A DNA stretch of 64,000 nucleotides from positions 6,643 through 70,642 of the IMG/VR virus record IMGVR_UViG_3300023237_000012. The stretch is one strand, 5' to 3'. The stretch is from a virus. Below the pieces are notes generated by a model that was not told where the DNA came from, ran no database searches, and saw only the letters and a list, made by a program, of their open reading frames with translations. Of the stretch, positions 1 to 9,200 are shown piece by piece (position 1 is the first letter of the stretch; each line of letters begins with the position of its first letter). A program made the position numbers and the translations under genes.

Positions 1-1
1 T

Positions 2-643
2 AAGTTTAGCGGCTTTTTCTTCATCCTCAATAGATGCAAATTCGCTATTGTCTTTTCCGTCTGCAACTGGTAGTGCATCGTCTTCTTCTTCTTCATCATC
101 ACGATAGCTAATGTTCTTATTAACTGTTTCTTCGCTTTCTTTAATGAATTCTTCAAATGACATAATCCGTGATCTTGGAATTACCGTTGCATCGCTCGTA
201 TCTTCTGGACTATCTGGAACTTTCCCAGCTACTTCTTGATCAGTAGTGACTAATTCTTCGCCTTCTTCATCGGCAACTTTTTCAGGTTCCCCTTTAACTT
301 TAACTTCGTCTTCAATGTCTTCAGCTGCATCTTCGGCAACTTCTACATCATTATCTCCACCTACTACTCCGTCCTCTTCTTTTTCGCCAGCTTTATTAGC
401 AAGTGATTTCTCTTCTCCTTTTTTCTTCAGATTAGCTTCGATGTCTTCAACAGCGTCTTCACTTACATCAGCATGTTTAGGTAGTTCTTTGAATAAAGCT
501 TCAAGTTTAATCAATATAGCTTTTTCTTTCTTAATTTCTTCTAAACTACCAAACCCTAATTTCTTAACAATTTCGAGAATGTCTGCTCCCCTACTTTTAG
601 ATTCGTTTATAGTTTCAGAGAACTTCTTAATTCTTCTTTCCAT
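2..643 (-). CDS. Acidic prohead core/scaffold-like or internal head protein (runs off the left edge)
   Basis: Not in the ORF track because it has no stop in the window. Manual translation from ATG 641-643 gives MERRIKKFSETINESK..., very E/D-rich, with a second internal tag RIMSFEEFIKES. GATATATA motif at 662-669. Confidence 0.7.
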   Translation of the reverse strand, partial: MERRIKKFSETINESKSRGADILEIVKKLGFGSLEEIKKEKAILIKLEALFKELPKHADVSEDAVEDIEANLKKKGEEKSLANKAGEKEEDGVVGGDNDVEVAEDAAEDIEDEVKVKGEPEKVADEEGEELVTTDQEVAGKVPDSPEDTSDATVIPRSRIMSFEEFIKESEETVNKNISYRDDEEEEDDALPVADGKDNSEFASIEDEEKAAKL

Positions 644-682
644 GTTTTTCTTTATTTGATTTATATATCTATAGTTTTACTC

Positions 683-2185
683 TTAAAATTTGACGGTCTG
701 AACATCATACTTAAATTGTTCCTCCTCGTAGATCTTCCTTCGTTCAGCTCCATGCTTATACATATAGTTTTTCCAATTCAAATCTTCTCCAGTATATCGG
801 AAATCATCTATAAAGTCGTAGATTTTAACCAATTCCTTAGAGTGATGTTTTCTTAGACCTCTACCAATTGACTGTCTAATGATAACTTCACTCTTGAAGC
901 TTTCAGTAAAAAAAATGTTATGGATGTTCTTAATAGAAATTCCAGTACTAAAAGTTCCATAGCTTGCTACGATGATCACATCATCATTCTGCTCCATCCT
1001 TGCTTTGAACTCTTCCCTCATATCACCACTAACACTACCATCTACATAATAGACCTTCTTATCAGTAATGTTTCGTAATTGTCTATATAGTGCTTCACCA
1101 TAATCTATCTTATGAAATAACACCAACGAATTTGAATGTGACTTATTGATTACTTTCGTAACGAAGTTAAGTCGCTTTTCGTTTTGGTTAATAAAGTTCT
1201 TTTCAAGTGTAAATAACTCTCTTCGTTGTTTTGGGTTCTTAGATAAGAATGCGAATGCTTCTTTCTGCTCATCTGAAGCATAGTCCATTGTAATCTGTAA
1301 AACCTTACAGTTTGCAATATGACCTTCATCTTGAAGATGTTTTGCTTTTACTTGGGTTACTAAGGGACCCATAGCAGACATTAATGCTAGTCGGTCAACA
1401 GTTCCTTTCTTTGGAATGGTTCCACTTAAACCAAAGCGATAATCACAATGCCAGCATTTATCCATTATAGTTTGAATTGACTTGCTTTTCGCTTTGTGGG
1501 TTTCGTCGACTAATACTGCATCAAATTGTGAGAAGTATTCTTCATCATAGTTTACCAGTGATTGATAAGTACCTACAACAATATTACTACTCTTACGAAT
1601 CTCAGCACCCGAATAGATCTGCTGAGTTTTTATGCTTAATTTACCAGCGTTATATTGTTCAAAGTCACCTGTTGCCTGAATCACAAGACTTACATTTGGT
1701 ACGATCATTAATATTTTCTTCTTACCTAAAACTTCCATAAGATAGCCTATGACCATAAATGAAATTAATGTCTTTCCTGCAGAAGTTGCTAATTCAGCTA
1801 AACATCTTTTGTATTTTAGTATTTTGAATGCAGCATCGATCTGATAATCTCTCGGAGTGATTTCTCGTCCTTCGAAGAATTTTAATGCCCAAGCTTCAAA
1901 CTCATCTACTTTGATAGTGTCATTGAAAATACGAGTAATTCCAACCATTGTTAATTGGAAATCATATTCCTTACATATATCGGCTACTTCTTTCCATAGG
2001 CCAGCTGGGATGAGGTTTTTCTTAACAAATGAGATCTTGCCATCCCACACACCACGCTTCACAAGTGGATTAAACCTCCAGCCATCGATGCGTTTAGTTA
2101 AACTTGCTTTGAGTTGGTCATATTCTAACTCTGTACAAGAAGTAATAACTAAGAATTTGTTATTTTCACTTAATGTTAATTGCAT
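683..2185 (-). CDS. uvsW: SF2 DNA helicase, T4 UvsW-like
   Basis: RDYQ, ATSAGKT (Walker A), DETH, GLSGT, STGISIKN, QSIGRGLR motifs; 500 aa; next to a UvsY-like gene. Confidence 0.93.
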   Translation of the reverse strand: MQLTLSENNKFLVITSCTELEYDQLKASLTKRIDGWRFNPLVKRGVWDGKISFVKKNLIPAGLWKEVADICKEYDFQLTMVGITRIFNDTIKVDEFEAWALKFFEGREITPRDYQIDAAFKILKYKRCLAELATSAGKTLISFMVIGYLMEVLGKKKILMIVPNVSLVIQATGDFEQYNAGKLSIKTQQIYSGAEIRKSSNIVVGTYQSLVNYDEEYFSQFDAVLVDETHKAKSKSIQTIMDKCWHCDYRFGLSGTIPKKGTVDRLALMSAMGPLVTQVKAKHLQDEGHIANCKVLQITMDYASDEQKEAFAFLSKNPKQRRELFTLEKNFINQNEKRLNFVTKVINKSHSNSLVLFHKIDYGEALYRQLRNITDKKVYYVDGSVSGDMREEFKARMEQNDDVIIVASYGTFSTGISIKNIHNIFFTESFKSEVIIRQSIGRGLRKHHSKELVKIYDFIDDFRYTGEDLNWKNYMYKHGAERRKIYEEEQFKYDVQTVKF

Positions 2186-2259
2186 TAATATGCTATTTTA
2201 TTTTAATGTCCCAATTCTTTACTTTATTGAAATATTTATCTAAGTGTTCTAGAGATAAA

Positions 2260-2760
2260 TTAATAATCTGACTCACTCAGAGTAATTCGATTTCGTATAG
2301 CAAAGGCCATATTGTCTAATGTCTTTACACAGTCTTGATAAAATTCAAGATGAGCACCAAGTAGCTTTATTTGAAATTTAAGTGAAGCCATATCAGCTTG
2401 GATGAATGAAATCTTTTCTTCCTTAGTTAATTTCATATCGTAATCTAAACTGTAATATCTGTATTTCGTTTTATGATATGAATCCCAGAATGCACTTCGT
2501 TTATAAATAGTAGCTTTTAATTCTACCATCAAGTCAATTACAATCTGCCGGTAAGATAGCATATCAATTTGCACTTCAGTAAGATTGCGAACTTCTTTAG
2601 TCCTATAGGCCAGACTTTTTATTTTTTCTGTCCAGGACTTTCGGTTCCCAACCAACTTCTTTTCCAATATAACATTCTTAGCACGAGTGTCAAGATCATT
2701 ATATTCGGTATTCTTTATCTTTGTACTTTCAAAAAGTAGAGCTCCGTCCTGGTCTTCCAT
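2260..2760 (-). CDS. uvsY: Recombination mediator, UvsY-like
   Basis: Helical 166 aa; C-terminal KTLDNMAFAIRNRI resembles the UvsY end; adjacent to uvsW as in T4. Confidence 0.6.
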   Translation of the reverse strand: MEDQDGALLFESTKIKNTEYNDLDTRAKNVILEKKLVGNRKSWTEKIKSLAYRTKEVRNLTEVQIDMLSYRQIVIDLMVELKATIYKRSAFWDSYHKTKYRYYSLDYDMKLTKEEKISFIQADMASLKFQIKLLGAHLEFYQDCVKTLDNMAFAIRNRITLSESDY

Positions 2761-2959
2761 GTTTAGATCGTTTTATTGGTCGCTTGACCTTAGGTTGAAA
2801 TTTCTTCTTAGGTGGACTGAATGTCATCTTAGGTACCTCGGGTATAATATCTAATTGAGAAACCCAAGTTAGAAGGTATCTGATGTTACGGTTTTCATTA
2901 TCGACATCGTCGTAAAAATCTTCAAGTTCATCAGCCACTATACTTTCAGTTATTTTCAT
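2729..2959 (-). CDS. Hypothetical protein (acidic N-terminus, basic C-terminus)
   Basis: ORF overlapping the primase stop codon (translational coupling). Confidence 0.55.
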   Translation of the reverse strand: MKITESIVADELEDFYDDVDNENRNIRYLLTWVSQLDIIPEVPKMTFSPPKKKFQPKVKRPIKRSKHGRPGRSSTF

Positions 2960-4029
2960 AGGTACACTATATCCAGATTCGTAGTTGTAAAATAAGAATC
3001 TAAATTGTCAAGGCAACCCTTTCTATATTTATATTCATACTTCACTAAATCGTTTAAGTCTTTGATAGATTTACTTGATATGTTATAATCTTCTAATAGC
3101 TTTTTCCACATAAAGACACTCTGTCCAATCTGTGCTTTCTCTATCATTTTTCGTTTACCAGCAATATCATTATCGAAGAAGTATCGAACATGTGGAATAT
3201 CATCAAACTCTGAAATCTTTTTCTTAACTCCAGTAATACCTAAAGAGTTGCGCATAAACATTGCATCTATAGGTCCTTCAAATACAGTGAAGGTTCTTGA
3301 CATATCTACCTCAAGTATACCAAAGATCATTGAGATTTTATTTAAGCTATTAAGATGATCCTCAGGAAGATCAATTTTAAGTTTTAGCCTTTCGTATATT
3401 CTCTCTATGTTGTAAGTTCTATACTTAGGACCTATGCCATCTAATGATCTAACTTGAAATCCAATAATCTTACCGCTTGGAGAGAAATTATAAATGTAAA
3501 GATCTTTCTTTCGTGGATCGTATGCAAACTTATTTGCCTTCTGGTGCAAAAGTCTACTCTTAAGATATGGATATACTCGGTGTGTCTGTTCGTTAATTGG
3601 ATATGCATTAAAAGCAATACCAATTTGTTCGTATGTTAAACCGTACTTATCAATTTCATCAAAAAGATAAAAATCTAAGGTTTCTTGTAACTGTATTTTA
3701 AAACGATGATCTTTAATGTAGTTAATTACATTTACTCGTTCTTCTCCCTCGAAGTTTTTATCGAAATGCTCTAAGAAGTAATCTACAGTTTCATGGACAT
3801 TGCAGTTATAGCAATGGTAATAAAGATCATTCCAATAAATGTTACCTCGTTTCTTTCGTTCGTCATCTGCAGAATCTCCACAATATGGACAAGCAAAGTT
3901 TAAACGATCTTTACTATCTTCAGTCCTTCTTTTCTCACCGACTGGGTGTGATATGTAAAGGATCCCAGTCACCTTATCGATGATCTGGGATCTCATATTT
4001 ACATCAAGCTTTACAGCTTCTTCAACCAT
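2956..4029 (-). CDS. DNA primase, T4 gp61-like
   Basis: Zn ribbon CPYCGDS...YHCYNC; TOPRIM motifs FEGPIDAMF and FDND; KDLND. Confidence 0.9.
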   Translation of the reverse strand: MVEEAVKLDVNMRSQIIDKVTGILYISHPVGEKRRTEDSKDRLNFACPYCGDSADDERKKRGNIYWNDLYYHCYNCNVHETVDYFLEHFDKNFEGEERVNVINYIKDHRFKIQLQETLDFYLFDEIDKYGLTYEQIGIAFNAYPINEQTHRVYPYLKSRLLHQKANKFAYDPRKKDLYIYNFSPSGKIIGFQVRSLDGIGPKYRTYNIERIYERLKLKIDLPEDHLNSLNKISMIFGILEVDMSRTFTVFEGPIDAMFMRNSLGITGVKKKISEFDDIPHVRYFFDNDIAGKRKMIEKAQIGQSVFMWKKLLEDYNISSKSIKDLNDLVKYEYKYRKGCLDNLDSYFTTTNLDIVYL

Positions 4030-4032
4030 TTC

Positions 4033-4968
4033 TTATAGGTCTAATCCATCAAGAAAGTCATCTAATTTTTCATCAGCGTCTACTGGCGCTTCTGCAGTTG
4101 CAGTTTCTGTCTGTGCTGCCACAGTTTCAGTTGCTTTTGTTGCTGCTGCTTCGGTCTTCATATTACCGCTTGGCTTTGTGCTCATAGTTTTCTGTGTTAT
4201 AGCTGCTATTGAACTTCCAGGCGATGCGAACATTGAAAGAACGCCATGTACACGATTTGCTTGGTCAGTAGTCCAAGGTGTATAATCCCAACTATCTAAT
4301 TTTGGAGCAGCATTCAAGTAAGCAAGAATTGCTGTTCTGCTTTCAGAACTATCAGATACAGCTTCACCTTCAAGAATCATTGGACTAGTTTTACCCATGA
4401 ACTTACAAGAGTCATAATTTGGATAACCACCTTTCTTAGAGATGTTAAGTTCAAAGTTCTTACCATCAAACGGATCAAATACTTGTACTGGTTCATCGAA
4501 CTTAGGATTTAACTCATCGTCAATCTTAAGCTTAATCTTATATCCAAATTTGAATATTTTAAGTTGACCTTCAAGTGCTGGATTTTGCTTGTCAGTTACG
4601 ATTTGAACTAACGCGTAATATACTTCTTTACGTTTCAATTCTTCAGACATTTTATTGTCTACAGCTGAATCACTGTTACGAAGTCTGAAGAACATGTCTT
4701 GAATAATACACTTGTCACCAATAGTTGACGGAGAGTCAACGTAGAAACCCTTTCCATCAGAGTCAGTTAACCAATAAACATACTTGCGTATGAATGGTTT
4801 TCTTGGATTAGATGGGTTTGGTAGGAATCTAATCTGAGAACTATAAGTTCCATCAGATCCTTGTTCTGCTTTAGGTGCATATAGATCGCTACCACCTTTT
4901 TTTTCGTCTCCAGTGTCGAGATCACTTACTCCAACACTAAAAATATCGAATTCTTTTTCATTTGCCAT
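4033..4968 (-). CDS. Single-stranded DNA-binding protein, T4 gp32-like
   Basis: IRFLP, KIFKFGYKIK, FDPFDGKNFEL, GYPNYDSCKF and acidic tail LDDFLDGLDL. Confidence 0.88.
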   Translation of the reverse strand: MANEKEFDIFSVGVSDLDTGDEKKGGSDLYAPKAEQGSDGTYSSQIRFLPNPSNPRKPFIRKYVYWLTDSDGKGFYVDSPSTIGDKCIIQDMFFRLRNSDSAVDNKMSEELKRKEVYYALVQIVTDKQNPALEGQLKIFKFGYKIKLKIDDELNPKFDEPVQVFDPFDGKNFELNISKKGGYPNYDSCKFMGKTSPMILEGEAVSDSSESRTAILAYLNAAPKLDSWDYTPWTTDQANRVHGVLSMFASPGSSIAAITQKTMSTKPSGNMKTEAAATKATETVAAQTETATAEAPVDADEKLDDFLDGLDL

Positions 4969-5126
4969 TTTTACTTGCCTTATTTTGTTTTACTTATTAA
5001 TTTACATAAGCTCCACAATACTTGTCTCTTAGCTGCCTAGAATTTCTGCCAATTAACTTGCCTCGTTTTGCCTAATTTGAAAGGGCCTACCTTCCACTAG
5101 TTATATATTGATACTCTTGGTTTGTT

Positions 5127-5414
5127 TTAACTTATAATAACATCTAATGCTATTATACCGCTAATTATCTTCTCTTCAACCAAAATATATTCAACATCGT
5201 TATAGTTAAGAACTTGAGCTCCCGACCAGTGATATGCAACTTTCATCCCAAGTTTAAATCTATCTGTACATTTAGTACCTATAGAGACGATCGTTCCAGC
5301 ATAAGGTGGGATATTACCACTATCAGTGCTTGGTGTGACTAGATATATTGAACCTACCTTCTCAGGGGCCTTATCTTTAAGAATGAGAATCTTTTTTCCT
5401 ATTATTGTGATCAT
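5127..5414 (-). CDS. groES: Co-chaperonin GroES/Cpn10-like (functional analogue of T4 gp31)
   Basis: 95 aa; IGKKILI, GSIYL mobile loop, GTIVSIG, FKLGMKV, EYILVEEKIISGI. Confidence 0.75.
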   Translation of the reverse strand: MITIIGKKILILKDKAPEKVGSIYLVTPSTDSGNIPPYAGTIVSIGTKCTDRFKLGMKVAYHWSGAQVLNYNDVEYILVEEKIISGIIALDVIIS

Positions 5415-5602
5415 AATGAAACAAGTTGTGAAATCTGCGGTATAATGTTTACTAGATGTTACGAAGGAAAAGAGTCTAGTTATTTCTAGTTATTGATTTT
5501 TGGTAAACAAAGATCTTACAATTATATAACTATCTATAAGTCTTTTAAGATTCATTCTTTTCCTTATGATTATTAGACATCATTATTCTTAATGTAGTTT
5601 AC

Positions 5603-6259
5603 TTAATCATTACTATTCAGTTTAGCCTCTAAACATTTTACAATAAAATAGCTATCTACAATGTCATCTACTGGTTTACTTATCTTCTTAGGATCATAAG
5701 TCTTATCCTGAATCCACTGCCAAAACGGATTCTGTTCTAAGATAGGATCTTTTAAGACATTACTTTTAAAAGCATTTACCATATACAGCTTATCACAATT
5801 GCCTTTCCCTGCCAGTTTCTTTACTGCAGATGGTTGAAAAATGTAAAATGATCTCAGCCCGTAAGAAGAGATTAATTTCTGTCTTAAATAAGTATTGTAC
5901 ATTATCATATCGATAAAGCTGTTACCTTTAGATCCGTATGAAAATCCTTCTATGGCAAAATCGCTTATGTCGTACTTATCTTTTAAAGTCGTATCTATTA
6001 GAGTTGCAATATCTGAAGCGTCTTTCTGCTTATTTAATTCCTTCTCTCGGAAATCATCGTTTGCAACGTCACGCTTGTACATTACTCCAGTGATTCTATT
6101 AGTACTCATTAATTCGTCATGAATTAAAAATGCTTTCTTGATAGGACTCTTGAATGAATCTTTAGGGTAATTGAAAAATGAAATGAATTCGTAAGCCCCG
6201 TCTACAAAGATACATGCTGCTGGACTATTAAGAGAAAAATCTATACCGACTAATGCCAA
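5603..6259 (-). CDS. RuvC-like (RNase H fold) Holliday junction resolvase
   Basis: VGIDFSLNSPA, FAIEGFSYGS, VKKLAGKGNCDK, DDIVDSY catalytic pattern. Confidence 0.8.
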   Translation of the reverse strand: MALVGIDFSLNSPAACIFVDGAYEFISFFNYPKDSFKSPIKKAFLIHDELMSTNRITGVMYKRDVANDDFREKELNKQKDASDIATLIDTTLKDKYDISDFAIEGFSYGSKGNSFIDMIMYNTYLRQKLISSYGLRSFYIFQPSAVKKLAGKGNCDKLYMVNAFKSNVLKDPILEQNPFWQWIQDKTYDPKKISKPVDDIVDSYFIVKCLEAKLNSND

Positions 6260-6281
6260 TGTTGTTATTCTTTAAATATTA

Positions 6282-6584
6282 TTACCAAGTACCAAATTCT
6301 TTATGCCAGTATAAAGCAGAGAATGGATCTTTAGCGTGTTTTGAATTACGTCCACCCATTCTACTCCAGAAATTATCCTGTCTATCTTTATCTTTATGCT
6401 GTGTAAAGTCTTCCATGTTAGAATCTCCACCATGAACCACTTTATATTTGTCTCCTTTCTTAGCCAAAACCATCCACTTTTTAGCTTTGTCGGACGATTT
6501 CCGCTTTACACCAACTTTAGTAAAGCCTTTCTTACGATAGCGTTCTGGTATTTCTGATTCTTTTAAGAATTCTGAAAAATTCAT
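6282..6584 (-). CDS. Basic small protein with head-targeting-like tag (DUF5754-like)
   Basis: MNFSEFLKES tag; KKWMV..HGG..MEDFTQHKD..R..F..R..SALYW pattern recalled from a family shared by phages and giant viruses. Confidence 0.6.
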   Translation of the reverse strand: MNFSEFLKESEIPERYRKKGFTKVGVKRKSSDKAKKWMVLAKKGDKYKVVHGGDSNMEDFTQHKDKDRQDNFWSRMGGRNSKHAKDPFSALYWHKEFGTW

Positions 6585-6589
6585 TAGGC

Positions 6590-7405
6590 TTATTCTTTAA
6601 GTTTTGCTATCAATTGAATTGTATAGAATTTAGCATCTTGCCAATCATCATTAGCATCTTCCCATTCTTCATATTCTTCACTATCCTCATCATAGTCTTC
6701 GTTATCTTCTACCATTTCATAATCTTCTAGAGTATTTACTGCTCTTTCGATATTATCACCAATTTCGGTAAGTGCTTTAGGATTTTTAGAGTTTGCTGAT
6801 AGTTCATCTACTACGCCTTGAACATTATCAAAGTCAAAATCATCAGCACCTTGAGTTTCAAGATCTGCTAATAGATTAAACAATGTTTCTGCCGATGTAC
6901 CTTTCTTAGGCTTCCAGTTAGCATATTTCTTTACATAATTTGCTGCCTCATTAACAGAATCAAGATTTTCTGCCATTGAACGCATGAGCAGCTCGGGATA
7001 TCTAACAGAATCTTCGACAATACTTTGAACATGGTAGTAGTACGTATTATTTAATTCCTCTTCATACTGTTCAGGATAGAGTGGAAAACCTTGTTGCGTT
7101 CGTTGCTTCTTAGTTGTTTCGATTCCCTTCCACTTCTTTTGAAGTATTACGGCTCCCGCTCCAGTTAGTGGATATGCATTCTTACGTTGAAGATGCTCGT
7201 TCTTTTTGTACCACGCCTTCTGCTTCTTAGCGAGTCGCGCAGTAAATTTTCCGTGCCTTGCAAGAGTAAGCAGGTCAAAGAGATATTCTTGAACTGTACC
7301 CTTTTGAGGAGTCCAGCCAGCATATTCTTTATTCCACGACCCTGGCTCAACTCCAGTTCGAGTTTGCTCGTTTAGAAATTGTGAAAATGTTGAAATGTGT
7401 TTCAT
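6590..7405 (-). CDS. Putative internal head protein with tag and internal duplication
   Basis: MKHISTFSQFLNE; repeated module KEYAGWTPQKGT / KKYANWKPKKGT; own promoter at 7427-7434. Confidence 0.65.
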   Translation of the reverse strand: MKHISTFSQFLNEQTRTGVEPGSWNKEYAGWTPQKGTVQEYLFDLLTLARHGKFTARLAKKQKAWYKKNEHLQRKNAYPLTGAGAVILQKKWKGIETTKKQRTQQGFPLYPEQYEEELNNTYYYHVQSIVEDSVRYPELLMRSMAENLDSVNEAANYVKKYANWKPKKGTSAETLFNLLADLETQGADDFDFDNVQGVVDELSANSKNPKALTEIGDNIERAVNTLEDYEMVEDNEDYDEDSEEYEEWEDANDDWQDAKFYTIQLIAKLKE

Positions 7406-7441
7406 AATAATTTGTTTTGTTTTTTGTATATATCTAAGACT

Positions 7442-7795
7442 CTATAGTTTTTTTCCAAGTGCTGAGCCTAAAGCAGCACCTACTAATCTACTCGTAAGAA
7501 GGTCATAAATCACACCCTTCTCAATACCTAATACTTTCGCAATTAATTTACCGATAGTTTTACCTAAAGCAAAACCAGTTAGTCCACCAAATATAGATCC
7601 AAATAAACCTTCGTTAATTACTTCTTGCATTGCTGCTTCCAAGTCTTGACCATTAGCATTTGCAGTTAATAGCTTTTCAACGACTAAATCAATAGCTACA
7701 TCTTGATCTTCTGTAAGTTCAACAGATTCTTGAAGTGCTCTTTGAAATAATACATCTTCATCAGTCTCTAATAAGTATTCTTTGTAGGTCTTCAT
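7442..7795 (-). CDS. Putative internal head protein with C-terminal glycine-zipper/amphipathic segment
   Basis: MKTYKEYLLE (cf. T4 CTS MKTYQEFIAE); VINE then GLFGSIFGGLTGFALGK...GAALGSALG; promoter at 7800-7807. Confidence 0.7.
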   Translation of the reverse strand: MKTYKEYLLETDEDVLFQRALQESVELTEDQDVAIDLVVEKLLTANANGQDLEAAMQEVINEGLFGSIFGGLTGFALGKTIGKLIAKVLGIEKGVIYDLLTSRLVGAALGSALGKKL

Positions 7796-7809
7796 GTATT
7801 ATATATCAA

Positions 7810-8367
7810 CTATGCTTTATAGCCGTATTTTATTTCGAGAATGTTATACTTAAAGTTAAGATCAAACGTATTAAACTCAACTGTATTATTACTAAAGTTA
7901 AGGTCTAAGCCACTGATTCCTATGAATAACATTTCCTTCATTTGAACATTTACAAATACATTACCTTCTCCGTCAAATAATTGTATTCCTGCACCTTCTG
8001 GGATCCAGGGCTTATCTCCACCAAGTCCATAATAATACTCAAAAAGTTCAAGTGCCATCCAGTAGTTAAAAAATCCATCAAAAGATTGCATAGTTACTGT
8101 AAGATCTTTTTGGTATAGTCGTTGAGTAGGTTCAGAAGATCTAAAGCTTCTTTCGTATCCTGGCGCATCTAATTGAGACACTGGATCAAACGATGGTCCT
8201 GGTAAGTTCAACGATTGTATGCCATAATTGAAAGCATCTATAGGCTCCTTAATCATACTACCTGGCATCTTATTAAGTACAGGTTTGTACTTATCTACAA
8301 TCGACTGTGGAATAAAGTTCCTTGGAAAATCGAATTTGAAGTGATCATTTTTTGAACTTAAAAACAT
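7810..8367 (-). CDS. Tail tube-fold protein (T4 gp3/gp19-like)
   Basis: IQSLNLPG..LTVTM..NYW..FDLNFKYN pattern; 185 aa; end of the structural operon. Confidence 0.6.
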   Translation of the reverse strand: MFLSSKNDHFKFDFPRNFIPQSIVDKYKPVLNKMPGSMIKEPIDAFNYGIQSLNLPGPSFDPVSQLDAPGYERSFRSSEPTQRLYQKDLTVTMQSFDGFFNYWMALELFEYYYGLGGDKPWIPEGAGIQLFDGEGNVFVNVQMKEMLFIGISGLDLNFSNNTVEFNTFDLNFKYNILEIKYGYKA

Positions 8368-9200
8368 TATATCATTGTTCTTTGAAGTGCAGCAGCTGCT
8401 ACTACAACTGTTGCTTTATCTGTCTTACCTTTAACCTTACCTTGAACAACAGCAGTCTGCCCAGCTTTATTCTGAGCATCTTGTGCTAATTTCTGAGCAC
8501 TTCGTGCAGCAATTTGAAGTGCTTCGATAGTACTATCTTGGCCTTCGTTCTCTGTAGTAAGTTCAGTTATAGTGTTTGACATTTGTTGATTTGAAGCTTT
8601 TAATGCAGAGATAGTAATATTTTGATCTGCAACTTGTTGAGCTAAATCATTTCTCTCTATTTTAAGTGCTGCTGTTTCTACTTTTAATTTAGCAACTTCC
8701 TCACTATATTTTAGTGTTAAGTCTTCTATTTGCGATGTAAGAGTTTTCCTAGCATCATCTGTAAGAGATAGAAATTTCCCAGTGTATAAAACAGTTTCAT
8801 CTGAAGTATCACCTTCAGGGCTTACGTCTTGAGTTGATATGTAAAAGTTATCGTTATTTAATTTGAGTATCTTCTTGCTATCCTCAGCACTTATTCTGAA
8901 TATGACTTGGCCTTGAGATAAATCTAAATCCTTTACGTTAGTATAGTACGCAATTCGTACCTCATCTTTTTCCCCAATAAATGATATGTAAACATTACCA
9001 ACATTAGAAAGATCAATCGGTGTATCTTCACCACTCGTATCTTCGTATAATGTAAAAATGAAATAATCATCAAATGGACTTATTCGTATTGAACCATCAC
9101 CTTGTGGTAGTGGTTGTTCATTAACTGACGTAGCTTTAAACTCTTTATAAGTTTCAGCTTTCTGTCTGTCAAGTGATATGTTAGTTTCAATACTTGCCAT
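8367..9200 (-). CDS. Virion structural protein with C-terminal coiled coil
   Basis: Beta-rich N-terminal half (PIDLSN) and heptad-rich C-terminal half; operon context. Confidence 0.55.
   Translation of the reverse strand: MASIETNISLDRQKAETYKEFKATSVNEQPLPQGDGSIRISPFDDYFIFTLYEDTSGEDTPIDLSNVGNVYISFIGEKDEVRIAYYTNVKDLDLSQGQVIFRISAEDSKKILKLNNDNFYISTQDVSPEGDTSDETVLYTGKFLSLTDDARKTLTSQIEDLTLKYSEEVAKLKVETAALKIERNDLAQQVADQNITISALKASNQQMSNTITELTTENEGQDSTIEALQIAARSAQKLAQDAQNKAGQTAVVQGKVKGKTDKATVVVAAAALQRTMI

Noticed and set aside
246-659. Plus-strand Ser-rich ORF and the many other plus-strand ORFs overlapping long minus-strand genes
   Set aside because: Antisense shadows of real genes; biased composition and no leaders or motifs
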